A stretch of DNA of 64,000 nt, taken from Amphiscolops sp. MND2022. Lineage: Eukaryota. A model generated the notes under the pieces. That model was given only the letters and a program-made list of their open reading frames with translations. It had not been told where the DNA came from and did not search any database. A program made the position numbers and the translations under genes. The stretch is from NCBI GenBank assembly GCA_964187785.1, contig OZ076409.1:46688001-46752000 (forward strand), given 5' to 3'. Shown here piece by piece: positions 1 to 12,800 of this stretch; position 1 is the first letter of the stretch, and every line of letters begins with the position of its first letter.

Positions 1-507
1 CACTCCAAAAACAATTTAACTCAAGCTTCCTAGAAAACAACTATTACAGGCCAAATTGCTTTTGGGTTAAAAAGATTTTTGGGTTTTCTTGTTTTAAAAA
101 CAGTTCTCGGTAAACTACATCCGATATGGTTTCCGCTTCATATATTTTGGAAACGTAAAAACAGCGAGCGGCTTCAGTTGTTTTGGCACGATGGCATCGA
201 GTTTTTGGATTTATCACAAGTACAAATATTGTTATGTCTTTAATTAGTTAATCATAAATTTCTTAATCTTTCTTTTTTTCAAAATTATTTTATGTTTTAT
301 CTTGTAGTATAAAGCTAGGGTACCAAAAAGCTAGACAAAAAATACCGCTGTAATTTTGATCAAATTTGAGTGACTTTTCAAATGAATGATTCCTGAAATG
401 GGACATGAGATTTTTTGGTAGAAATAAATATTGATTGAAAAAATATTGCACTTTGAAAATTTCGTTAGTCAAATCTAGTTTTTTGGTACTCTAGAGTATG
501 TACTAAC

Positions 508-803
508 AGAACATATAGCATGATAGTGTTCGATGTGTAGTACGTGCTGAGCAACGTTACTGTCGAATCCGAGGAGGAACACGGAGGTATAGGAGAGAAG
601 ACACCCCACGATGATGACGTTGTTGAGGTTGGGTGAGCTCATCTTGATGAAGCGGATGTTGCGGTTCTTGACGTTGAACACGAGGAACACCAACGACAGC
701 ACCATGCCCCCCGAAGCAATCGCACACAGCCCTGCGTAAAAAGCTGCCGTCACGTGCGTCACTTGGTTCACCACTCGCGGGCTGTCGTTAGGGGGCTTGC
801 CCG
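508..803 (-). CDS. GABBR2-like: GABA-B-like receptor exon: stalk, TM1, ICL1, TM2
   Basis: Acceptor catgtttcag, donor GTTAGT; 296 nt, phase 1/0; GKPPNDS...IKMSSPNLNNVIIVGCLLSYTSVFLLGFD is diagnostic of the GABA-B 7TM. Confidence 0.95.
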
Positions 804-3800
804 CTGAAACATGATCACATTCATGAAAGTTGAAACCTCCTGGGTTAAAATCTAAACAAATCAAGTTTTGATTGCACGATCTTCGGCCTGGATTTTGACC
901 TGGAACATTTTTACCATAACGCTTATCGGGCAATTGGGAAGTGCATTTCGAAAAACGGAAAAACTTGCCTTGTGAATAGAAACTTCTTTAGGGCTATATT
1001 TCTTCTGAACTTTTGACGCTAATTTTGAGGTCAATAGCTGCTCGTTAACGCGAACTATTTTATCCTAAAATGAAATGCTTGCATTTCTTTCAATCGAAAA
1101 TCTCAACTGAAAGTTTCAAAATACAAGTTGAATGATCTTCTGCCAAAATCAATTTTTAAAACATTTTTTCAATTAGTTGAAAGTAAAACATTTTAATTTC
1201 GATTAGTTGCATTACTTTTCATTGAGTGTCGCAATGTCAAATTATTCGGCTGCAATTAATTATTTATTCAATCCTCAGCAGCACTAAGATACTAAGATGC
1301 AGTACAACACGTCCTGAGTTGAGTGAGTTGTTTTGTAAAACGTAAAACGGAAGTTGCACAAATTTTTAAAAATTGTGTTTTTTGACCTCTCATTCATCAA
1401 AAGTGGTGTTTTCTGGATTACAGGTACTGGATATGATTCCGATCAATTACGTTATAAAATTCTTTTCATTCAAAAAGGGAGATGAATATAACACAAGAAT
1501 AGGTCTCCCAGGATCAAGGCGTGGTACACTTAGAAACTGTATCATGTTTTTGGACATTTTAAGATCAATATAATGTATTTTAATTCGAACGCAACTTTCT
1601 AAAACTGACTCAAATTTGCATGTAAAAGTTTTACCCAGAAATAAATTAGGAACATTTTTCGGAGTCTCTTCTTACCAGTATTTTTCGTTTTCGAAATGCA
1701 TCAACTAGAAGCAACTATTGGAAAGTATATCTTGTTTAGAACTGAAACTTCCGTAAGCTTTATCAGCTTGAGTGCAAGAAAAACGAAAAGAAAGTACATA
1801 CATACACGTGTTAATAATCTGTCTTCAAATCTCCCTATACAACGGCCTTACACAGGACATCACAAGCATGTCACAAACATTCAATTCGACGGAACAGCAA
1901 CTTCAACGACAGAACAGGAAACGAAAATGAGAAGCTTTTAACTTGAGTAATGGAACGGAAAGCTATTCACGCAGTGACTAGAAAATTGCATAACGAAGCA
2001 ATAAGCGGTACGTCAGTGTATGTCAGTGAGAAAAACCGTTTCATGACAGACAAGAGCCTGCAATACAGCAAAACAGACTTCTTCGAACTGCAACCGCAAG
2101 AAAGTGCAAAGCAAGAACGGCTACTGGACATCGAAAGGAAAAGCATTTCCAGTCATATACAGTCAAAGAACTAATCATGGCAAAATCTCATGAACTTAGC
2201 ATTTCAGCATATTTGAACAACGTAGCCTTGAGAAGTGCACCAATAGACACTTTTGTCTTGTTAGTTTAAACCTTGTGATAAGCATAAATTAGATACAAGA
2301 TATCGATACATTGAAAATTCCATTTTGAAATGATCATACAAATTTGGACTAACGTCAATCACCCTCTATATCCGCAAAAGAACTAGGACAATTAAATTTT
2401 GATAGGGTGTCTGTCTTGAACATTCATTTTTTCAAATCACTCATTTTGCAAAAAAATATGAACTGAAAAATAGAGGAACAGTATGCTGTAATAAATGTTT
2501 TCAACGTACCTAGCATCTGAATTTGCTTGGATTTTGGACATGACAGAGACTTTGAAGTTTGTCTTTTTACTGCTTTCAAGAAACAACAGCTCGCCAAGTT
2601 TTCTAAGCGCTCTAACTGGGAAAAATTCTTGGCATCACTCTAAAATGTATTGAAAACGTAATCATTTTTGAGTATTTGCCCTTCTATGGAGTCAACGTTT
2701 TTTATTCAACTCACAACCTCTACACTTCAGTACGTCAAGGCACTGAGAAACGTTCATTGAATTCATTGAACATGTTATTCAATTTTACAAGTTTTTAGTT
2801 TTGTGTCAATACTTGTTTAACTTCAGAAAATGTCTTTTTTCAGAGAGCAGCGAACTGACGGATTTTACAACTTTTCGAGAAAATGTTTCCAATTCGTTGT
2901 CACAACACCAACAGACCCCCCATGAGGTCTAGTGCATCACTGGGAAGCTGAAGGACGTCGGTTTGAGCACCACGCTGGACGAAAAGGTTTTTGTTGTTTG
3001 CAAAAATTACCAAAACCAAAGGTCCGCTTTTTAGAGTTTGCCCGTCAGTTTCCGTTTTTTTTGAAAAAAAATATTGAAAAAACTGCCTTTAATTTTTTTG
3101 TTGTTTCAGAAACGGAAAAGCGTTTTTTCGAGGACAGAGTGCCCTTTGCTAGTATTTTTGGCCTTGTGAGAAAATTGTTTTCCAGAAATTGAAGGAGGTA
3201 CAAAACCACTTCAATCCTTCAACAGTTTATGTTGTGCAGCAACTGTAGAGAGTCAATCAGTTAGGGAGAGTTTTGGTCTCGAGGAGTTTTTATATTTTCA
3301 GTTTTTTTTCTTCCGAGCCAAGACTCAGTAGATTTTACGCTTCAAACACCCTTTCCACCAAGGCTAGAGGAACAAGAGAAGTTTCATCTATTGATTTGAC
3401 AACATGAGTTGTGAAATTGAGATGAAAGCACCTTTATATGGTCAGAAATGCAAACTTTTTGTTCATCAGAAATTTGATGGACAAACGAAGGGAAGGAAAA
3501 CACCATTGTTCACACATGTTCTTGAACTACTGAAAGGCACTTGAACTGGAAATGTCACTCAAAGATTGTATAAAATCGGCTGAGTGTTTCACGACACAAG
3601 GAGTTATGTTTGTTAGTACTTTGGACATTCAATATTGAGTGTTAAACACCAGTAAATAAACCAACTAAAAAGCATCAAACTTTAATTTCTATCAATAAAG
3701 GTTGTCCGGAGTTCATCGGGTAAGTTTGTTTCGTCTAAATTTTGAGCTATTTGTTATATAAATTAAAATCCTTAGCTTTTGAATTTTGTTAGAATTTTCG

Positions 3801-6800
3801 TAAGATTTCCTCAACACCCCCACAATGATGTTTCCGAGATTGGAGGAAGAATGTGAATTTGACCCAATAGAACTTTTCGATGTTGTACCACGTTCACTTG
3901 TGAAATTTCTTTTGTCAAAATATCGGCTGCCAGTTGATCTGTTGGTGTATACACCAGTTCAAGATCGTTGTCATCGAACTTTTCACGGATAAAGTGATAC
4001 TTTGTGTCAATATGTTTTGATCGCTTGTTCATTACGGGGTTGTTCGCCAGTTTGATGCGGCTTTGGTTGTCTTCAAAAAGTAGCCCGTTGGTGATTGCCT
4101 GTCATCGAGATCTTGGCTGCAGTCTGCATCGTTTTCTCCGTGTAGGTGAAAGTCATTGTCTCGCGGGTAGACCAATTTAGGTGATTTTGTTGCTTGAAGA
4201 TATCGTAGCTCACGTTTGGCAGCCAGCCAATGAGTATTTGTTGGTTTGTCCATGAATTGTGAGAGCACATTGACAACACACACTATGTCCGGCCTAGTTT
4301 GCTCGGCTATGTATAGTCGAGACCCTACTAAACTTCTATACAATCTCTCATCTACCAATGTCTCCCTCTCAGTTACTTTAACAAGTTTGAGAATGCTCTC
4401 AGAATGGTTGCTATCCTGCATGCCAAATTTTCTATAACGCTCTCGATATATTTTTCCCGTTGACGAGTTACTTTGTCATTTTCTAGACTTGCTTGCATGT
4501 CTGGGATCGTTATCCTCACTCGTCCGGTTTGAACTTTCTTTCAAGAGTTTGTTTAAACGTTCTTTGCTCTCATTGTTGCTATCGGCTACTACGAGATCAT
4601 CTACACAACTTAAGACATACAACATTTTTTTTCCATTTTACTGAACTGACAATAATAATTTTTGCTGCCATTGAACGTTTTGTATGAGAATGTTCGCTAG
4701 TTCTTCGTACCTGTTTTTAGCAGCTTGTTTCAATCCATAGATTGATTTTTTAAGTTTGCAGACAAAATTTCTCCTGAGCTATCTAGTTTTTCGAAGCCTG
4801 TTTGTTGCCCAAGATAAATCTCTTCCTTGATTTGTAGGTGCAAGTACGCTGACTTTACATCCATTTTCTGAGCGTAAAGTTTTGTTCGCACTTAAGGAAA
4901 GTGTGATACGACAAGTTTCAGGTTTAGTAGTAGGAGCTAACGTTTCATGAAGTTACTACCTTCAATTTGATGGAAATTTTTGGCTACGTATCGAGTTTTG
5001 TTTTTTCAAGGCTTCCGTGAGCTTTTGTTTTAACTTCGTAAACCCATTTTTTGGGAATCACTTTTTTTCGACTTGGCCGCTCGATTAAGTTCAACGTTTA
5101 GGTTTCTTGAAGACACGGTAGCTCATTTTGCATAGCTTCTTGCCACTTGTCTGTATCATTAGAACTTACAGCTTCAATCAAGTTTCCGGATCTTGAGGAT
5201 TGTATGTTGTGTTATGACTGCAGCTCTCGCCATATATTTGAGGTGGATTTCTCGACATATCTTGTCGCTTCAAAGTTTTAGCTTGTTTTCTAGCATTTTT
5301 CATGTCTAGGTATTTGTCCCATCTTTCATCAAGCACTTCTTAACCCGAGGGAATAGCAATGTTTAATTATTGACCCGCTATTTGTCACCTGCTAGGAGGT
5401 TTTGGTTTTGATGTTATACTTTGTGATGTTTGCGGTTTGTCACTGGTTCTAGACGGGCATTTTCTTTCCTGTAAGACGGATATTTTAGACAGCCTCAGCA
5501 CAATTGTTTTTTTCTGATTTGCCCGGATTTGCTTGCTGAACCTTTGCTTCAGTGTTCAAAGGTACAGTACTGAGACGTTGAAATTGCTTCTTAGACTCAT
5601 CAACAGATGAGTTTCTCTCATCAGATTTTTCCTTTTGGATTTCAACTTCTGGTTGCTCATTCTTGACTTCTACTTTAACTCTTATTCCGACATTGCCTTG
5701 CTCTATTCCGTCTTCGTTAGTAACATTGAAAAAAGATTGGAAATTTCGTCTTCTCTTGACTCGTTGGAGAAATCGACTACTTTCTTTTCATTGAACAGGA
5801 CGTTTCGAGCTCTAGTCATTTTCCTAATTACAACGTTTTGCACCAAGTAGGCCATACTGTTGCCATCATTGCCGAGGAATACATGTTTTTGTGCTTTTGG
5901 TTCAAATTTAGATTTTCCACGTTTCCGGTTTTTTACGTACGCTAGACAACCGAAAACCTTCGAATGATCTGTTCTTGGCATATTTCTCCAAAACGTTTTG
6001 AATGGAGTTTTTCCTAGTCGTTTTTGACAAGGTTCCTAACAAAAGTTGCTGCGTCTACAGCCCTAAGCCAATAGCGTTTAAGAAGTTTTGATTCAATAAG
6101 GAGAGGCCGAGCAGTCTCTACAACCGTTTGATTATATCGCTCAGCGACACGACTTTGTTCTGGAGTTTCAGAAACTGTGTATTGTTGCTTGATTTTGTTT
6201 TTGGTATAATAGTTTTTGAACGTTTTGTGTGTATTCTCGGTGTCATTGTCAGATGATGGTGTATATGAGGCGTACCGCCTTCAGCGACATTCTCTTCCAA
6301 AATTTCGTAGTACTTGACTTTTGTGTGATAAAAGTAACAAAGTCTTTATAACCATCTTTACTCGATGGAGTAATTGGACCAACAACATGCCTGACAACTC
6401 TCTGGTGAGCTTTCGAAGTTTCATTTTCTTTTCGTTCCATGACAGGATTCTTAGCTGTTTCAGCTGGGCAGAAAGTTTCACAGTTTTCATCTACTTCGTT
6501 TATGTCTTTCGACAGAGAGTGTTTCAAGTCGTTGTAGCTGACATGTCCGAAGCGTTTGTGCCAGAGTTGCGTCTCGTTTGACCCTTCACTCAAATTAGGA
6601 AACTGGTTTCCATGCTTTGGGTTCATGCTTAGGTCGGATAGACTTCCTTTTTCTAGTGATTGGAATTCTTCCATTCCTTTTGAGGCAAAGAAAATACTTT
6701 TGCTCTTCATGAACAACTTTCTCTACAATATAGACTTTTCTTCGACAAGATTTTTTGGTATCCTGGCATAAATAGAGCTTTCAGCAAACATAAAGACTTA

Positions 6801-9800
6801 GTCCTACCGTGTACGTCTTTAGCTAGGATTTCTATTTCTCCTATTCCTAAGACCTTCATGTCATCGCCATCACGATTGGTAACACTCGTATCTATGCGTT
6901 TCAAGTATTTGAACCATTTTTTGTTCACTGGTACATGGCCATTACTTCCCGAGTCTACCACTAAATTTTTAGCTGTTGCCTCACTGGAATCTCTTGACAT
7001 AATGCTTGACGCTAAGCTTTCCTGCTTAGTTTTTTAACTCATTAGCTCATTTGATACATGCTTTCTCGGAATAGCCTTTCATTTTGCGGTCGGTACACTC
7101 TGCTTTGTCCTCATGATAACAATCTGTCTTTAAGTTTTCTTTATGCCACAGCAAAAGCATGTCTGTTCTGAGTTCCACCTATGCACTGCGTTATATTTAC
7201 CCGAGGACTTGGGACTGGGTTTGAGTTTATTGGATATCATCGTCACGTCTGAACCATCTTCATCCACTTTCTCTCAGTGTTGGCGACTTTCCTCGTAGTA
7301 GGTGAGCCTTGTCATCAACGCCCCGAAACTGTCAGCAGGATTGAAATTTTCCTGCACCACGAAATGCTCATAGCGTTCTGGCAGGCCGTCGAGAAACATC
7401 GCGTTGAGTAGTCTCTCTGACAAATGTTTCCCAGCTCGTTCGAGGTGTGTTGACAATTCTTAGGTCCGGAGGAAGCATTGGGGTAGTGCTTCATCCTCTT
7501 CTAGGGTTAGGAAGGCCAGTTGTCTCATCACACTGACAATTTCGTTGCTTCGGAAACTTTCTTGCAGAAGCGCCTATGACTTGTGACCATCACCGACTGC
7601 TTTGTTGTCAACATCAGGCTCGCTGTATCGAGAAACATTGCACAGTAGCACCAAAGTGTGTTTTTGCGTTTCTCAATGTTATCAAGCGCCCGTCTGTATT
7701 CTGTTTCTACTGTTTCGTGAGCAGCGCTTTGCTCGTCAGTTGGACAATTGCCAAGCCTTGTTGGACGAGATGGTGCTGGCTGATCTCCAGTGAGTGTTTC
7801 GAAGAAGCCTTTCGTTTGAGAAAAGGCTTGAAGTCTAGTGCTCCAGATCGGGTAGTTATCGATCACGCCCGAGAAACAGAGTCATTTGAGATTGTCGTTG
7901 CTCTCCATTCAGTTCGCGTGTTTTTGGGAAATATTAATCATTTTGGAACTCCTTCAAAATCTGGTACTGGCTTCTGTTTTAGGTTTCTCTCTAGGCTCTA
8001 CGTTTTATCAATAAAGATTTTCCGGAGTTGGTTCGTTTCGTCTAAATTTTGAGCTTTTAGTAATATAGGTTGACGTCTTCAGCTCCTGAATTTTGCTAAG
8101 AGTTTTTGTAAGATTTTCTTACCATTGGGATTTACTGATTTCAATCTTAAAAAGTGATTTTTACTGATATTTATACTTTTTGATAATCGTGTTTGCAAAA
8201 GCTTTCTTTAAACTTTTTTCAAAAGATTTGGCTCTTTTCGAGTCTGAAGTGGGACGCCGACTTGGGTTAGTTTTCTTTCATGATTGTTTTAGCTTCCCTC
8301 ATTCTTCGGCTTCGTTTTTCAGTTCAGTGAAACAATTTCATCTCTGTGGGTTTAAAAAGACTAGAAAAAGATGTGACTTTTTGATGTTACCTATGTTTTC
8401 GTTACACTTAGCTTTTGTTAACGTACCTGCTTCTAGAGTATTTTGTCAATGTAGGTCATCGTAAACGTTTTCAAAGAGCAATTTTTAATGTTTTTTGGTT
8501 GGATTTTTGGAATCAAATCTCTAATATTTCAGGTTTTTGAAAATTAAATCGAAAACCTGTATGAAACTTATCGTAAAAACATGTGTAAAGTAGATATTTA
8601 ATGTCTATTGTTTCTGCAAGTTTTTCAAACGGTGGCAGTTTTTGAGGAACCCTCAAAAAAAAGGACTCGTAGTATAATATTAAACAAACCAAACGGTTGT
8701 GAAGTGTGATGGTCATCTATTGAACCGTTTTGTAAGTCTCAGTATTGATCTATGTTACGGAATTCTGGCATATTTTCTCTTCTTTCTTGTTTGAAATCTC
8801 AAAGTAGTCTCATAATAAAAAATTCCGCGACAGTGCCTTCCAACATCTAAAACAATGGTTGTTTCAGGTGTGAGTTCGGATGGAAGGACTTTATTTATAC
8901 GAAACGGAGGAAAAAAGGGTTTTTGGTAAACAATGTTGAACTTTTCTTTGTTGATATTAGAATTGTACGAATTGTCATATACCGAAACAAAGTGCATAGA
9001 ACAGAACAAATAGGAAAAATACAATGAAATCAAACTCAAAACCAAAGTTTGAATGAAACAACTTAAGTGGCTACAAAGAAGTGTTTGTTTAGTTTTGCTC
9101 TTGTTTTACCTTTACCAGATCAAGAGGTGAAGCCTCTTTTTGAAATGCGCAGCAGCTAGCACAGGCTAGTTAATAGTCCACCGGTTGACTAGTGAGGAGA
9201 GCAACTCGGTACTCCGGATTGAAAAACAACTCTTTGTTGTACTAAGTTTGAAGGGTCTTTTTCTGCTACTCTTCGTCTAAGATTGAGAAACTGTTTGGCT
9301 TGAAGAGTTAAAAAAAGCTAGGTTAGTTAAGTCCTTTCTAATTGTGCTCAAGCTGTGGTTTTGATTCAGAATCAGTAAAGTAAATATTACCAGACTTTAG
9401 TTCAGAGTCTGCATTAAAGCAAGGACAATTCAAAACTTTGCGAACAAAGACGGTATGATATCTTTGCTTGAAGAAATATCGGATTGTCTCTTGATAGGAG
9501 AAAGACTGTTTTACTTGAAAGCAAAATTGAAAATGTCTTAGACAGAAAATGATAAAGGAATTTAAGACTAATAGTGCTAAGACATGAAATAGTTAAGGCT
9601 TGAATTGTGTTAGGAATTATATTTAGGGTAGTTAAAGTTAGATCTAGAGAACCTCTTGGAAAAAAGAAGACGAAAACTCCGAAAAGAAAATCGACTAACA
9701 AATACTGCGCAATGATGACGGTGGTGGAATCAGTGAGGGAAGATTAGAGACACTCTGTTGCGCCAAAAAGCTCTCAGTTATGAAAATTTGGTCTGGTTCT

Positions 9801-12800
9801 AAACTAATGTTGACAACTCCATCAGCTTATGAGATTAAACCACCTTTGCGGTTGGCTCATTTATTAGCTGTAGACGTAGCGTCTATGACAATATAACGTC
9901 ATTTGACGTCATGACCAAATAAGGAGAAACTCAGATGTTAATGGTCGTGTTCAATGTTACATCTCTGGAGGGGAAGAGTGTAGCTTAAATAAAACTGCAC
10001 ACAGTGTTGCCTTTTTAGTCGGCGCTTTTCTTTAGAAATGAGTCGACTATAGTCATGGCTTTTCGTCAGTGTTTTTTTAAGACCACCTGAACTGACCAAA
10101 ATAGTTCTACAAAAGTTCTACAAATTATTATTGCACCAAATTGCACCATTTGGCATAGCGAACTGAACCAAAAAGGTTTTTCCTGTTTTCCCGCGTAACA
10201 TACCATACCGGGCGAGACCGAAGGGTCCCCCCTTTCAGTTTGTTTCGGCATTGTGAGACTTTTTCCGGAAAAATTTTTTCTCAAAGGGTCCCCCTCTTCA
10301 ACTTTTTGCTGTTTTGCGACAAAATGGATGTTGAAAACCGCCAAAGGGTCCTCCCTTTCAGCTTTTTCGGCATTGTGAGACTTTTTTCCAGAAATTTTTT
10401 CATAAAAGGGTCCCCAACTCAACAATACTTTGACATATTGAAGTCCTTCTGCTATTTTTGAGCCTTAGATATGGCGCCGACTTGGGCCGGTCCCGGCTTG
10501 TTTTTACTAAAACAGATACATGTACATTCATTTACCTACCCGCATTGCCTGTAAAAACCTCAGAAAAGTTTCCTAAATTCAAGATTAGATGAAACGTCTA
10601 GTGTTTGAAACTCAGTTACAAGTCTTCTGGGGAAAATCGAAAAAAGCAAAATTCGACACCCCCCCCCCCAAAAAAATTAAGACACTGTACTTTGATAGTA
10701 ATGCGCAATCTTGTCGGAATGTCAGTATTTAGGAAAACATTTTCAAAAAGTTTGAAATGCAACTGACATATTCTAATTTTGCTCAATGACAATACTGCTG
10801 TCAAATTTTTAAACTTTTCTATAAAACAAAGGGATAATATCAAATCAATTTAGGCATCATAATTCTGTGACGGAATTGTGAGATTATTTTCCAAAAAAAA
10901 ACATGCGGTGCGAGATGGAATTGGCTAGTTAGTTTAGGAACCCGCTCAAAGAAGCTATCTTCGTTTTTAAAGTTTCAAGTTATTTTAAAAAACCACTTTT
11001 AAAATCTTCTTTCTTTATATATATCGAACACATTCTCAAAATGAATCTACAAGGATTAAGCCCGGTAGCTGAATTCAGATTTTTGGCCAACAAGTAAGAT
11101 TGTGTTAGTAAAAACCGGAGCCTAACTTGTGTATATATAATCACATTCGTTCTCATTTCACAATCGGGTGAACCTGCGAAATGGATGCTTAATTGAGTGA
11201 TAAAAGTCAAATAGAACAGGGAATTACTTTCGCTTGAAAGTTTCTGTAAGAGTTTTAGAAAATCATAAAAGTTGGTAGCAACTTCAAATAACATGCAAAA
11301 AGTTCAGAGCGATTTCAACGAGGCCCGCCATTGATCACATGAAAGCTTTGGCCTGACTAAGTAAATGCAAAGAAATGCAACAACGTGTCACTGTAGTAAT
11401 GGCTATTTCGAGATTCCAAGACTAAGCCCGCCCGGGCATATGCTTGGTATTAGCTTTACGATCAAGCTTTTGTTGTGGTTTCCGTTGTAAATCACGGATG
11501 TCTTTTTACATAATTCAAGGTGGACACGCACATCCAATAAAGGAGTCAGACCAAAAAAGAATCAAAGAAAGAAAATGCCAAAATTTTCAACTTGGAGTCA
11601 ACCCCTGAATAATGATATCAAGGCATGCCGACCTTTTTCTTCAAAAATATACATCTTGGTGCACGTTGCTTAGTCCATACTTAATGAAATTTTAAAAAAT
11701 TGAGAACAAGAAAATAGAGCCTAGACTAGGTTTTTGTGGTTGTATGTTATCTTTTTGTATATCCAACTAGTTTTAGAGTGTGTAATGATATTTGGAATCA
11801 GTCTCATTAATTTGTAAATGCGTCGCTCAGTAATGAAAGTCCAATATTCAGCTGTCGCTTTTGATTATGAACGAAAAGTCTACTAACATTTCCAATAAGG
11901 TTGTGATATGTTGATATATTGCACCTCAATGCTTGAAAACACGCCCATCAACTTCAAATGAGAGTCTGAAATTGGAAATTCGATCAGTGAATCATTTTTT
12001 ATTATTGCAACTGAAATTCAATACAATTAAAACCAGAAAGAAACGAATGTTTTAAAATTTTTACGGATCTTCACCCGAGTCGAAACTGCTGGAATTGCTA
12101 ACATGTTGCATGAATGTATCCATGTTCGTTCTTTTCTCTTTTTTTTTGAGATTCGAAGAGTCATTTTTGCAGAAAGTAATCATTGGTTAGAATTGTGTCA
12201 AGTTACAGCAATTAAAAATATATATCATTACAGTATGAAAAAGTTAACTTGGAAAAATCCAATAGGAACGGTTCTAAGACCAAAAATGTCACAATACTAA
12301 ATCATAGTTCACAAAGTACCTTCATTGTACTGGAAAATGTCGAGTTTGCCGGTCAGGTCATTTTCTGATATGAAATAGGACATTTGGTCTGAGGCCATTT
12401 CGTCTGATTCTGATTCAGTGCCATTGTTCGATCTGAGAAACGTTGAGTTGGAGGTCTCGTTGTTCGTCACAACAGGTTGTTTCTCCCATGAAAACTGCTT
12501 GGGTGCCTTCATTACACTTTCATATGCATAATGATACATAAGATGCGCCTGATTCCATGTACTGTTTGCGTCTACTTTGTCCGGTACTTTGCTCTACAAC
12601 AACAATGTCAGACTTCCAATAAAAAATGTTTTGAAAATGAGCGAATGGTTTTTGAAGGCGCTATCAACGAGCATTCAGGTTTCACTGAAATAATTCCGAG
12701 GAAAAGCTAGTTGTATACCATTCTTGTCAAAACTCAGCTGCAATAATTCTTGTCATCGGGTTACAAAAATTTGATACATGTTTCTCAGAAAATTTTGACT

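Larger units (their letters stand above)
3686..8124 (-). mobile_element. Degenerate Ty1/Copia LTR retrotransposon
   Basis: Minus-strand fragments in Copia order: gag (NYPIWSTRL; LDGLPERYE), protease (VDSGSNGH), GAG-pre-integrase (WHKRFGH), integrase (KVFGCLAYV), RT (YRSLVGS..TRPDI), RNase H (RSKHIDTKYHFIRE). PPT gtggggg abuts TGTTGAGG at 3816. Many stops and frameshifts. Confidence 0.92.

Noticed and set aside
1800..2220. Q/E/K-rich ORF fragments, possibly a BEL/Pao gag remnant
   Set aside because: No diagnostic motif; cannot be supported without a search
2510..2615. AG/GT-bounded open stretch on the minus strand as a candidate receptor exon
   Set aside because: 106 nt is phase-incompatible; the 78-nt exon at 11888-11965 fits both phase and homology
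9000..9780. Possible decayed LINE ORF1 on the minus strand
   Set aside because: Only a vague resemblance and many stops
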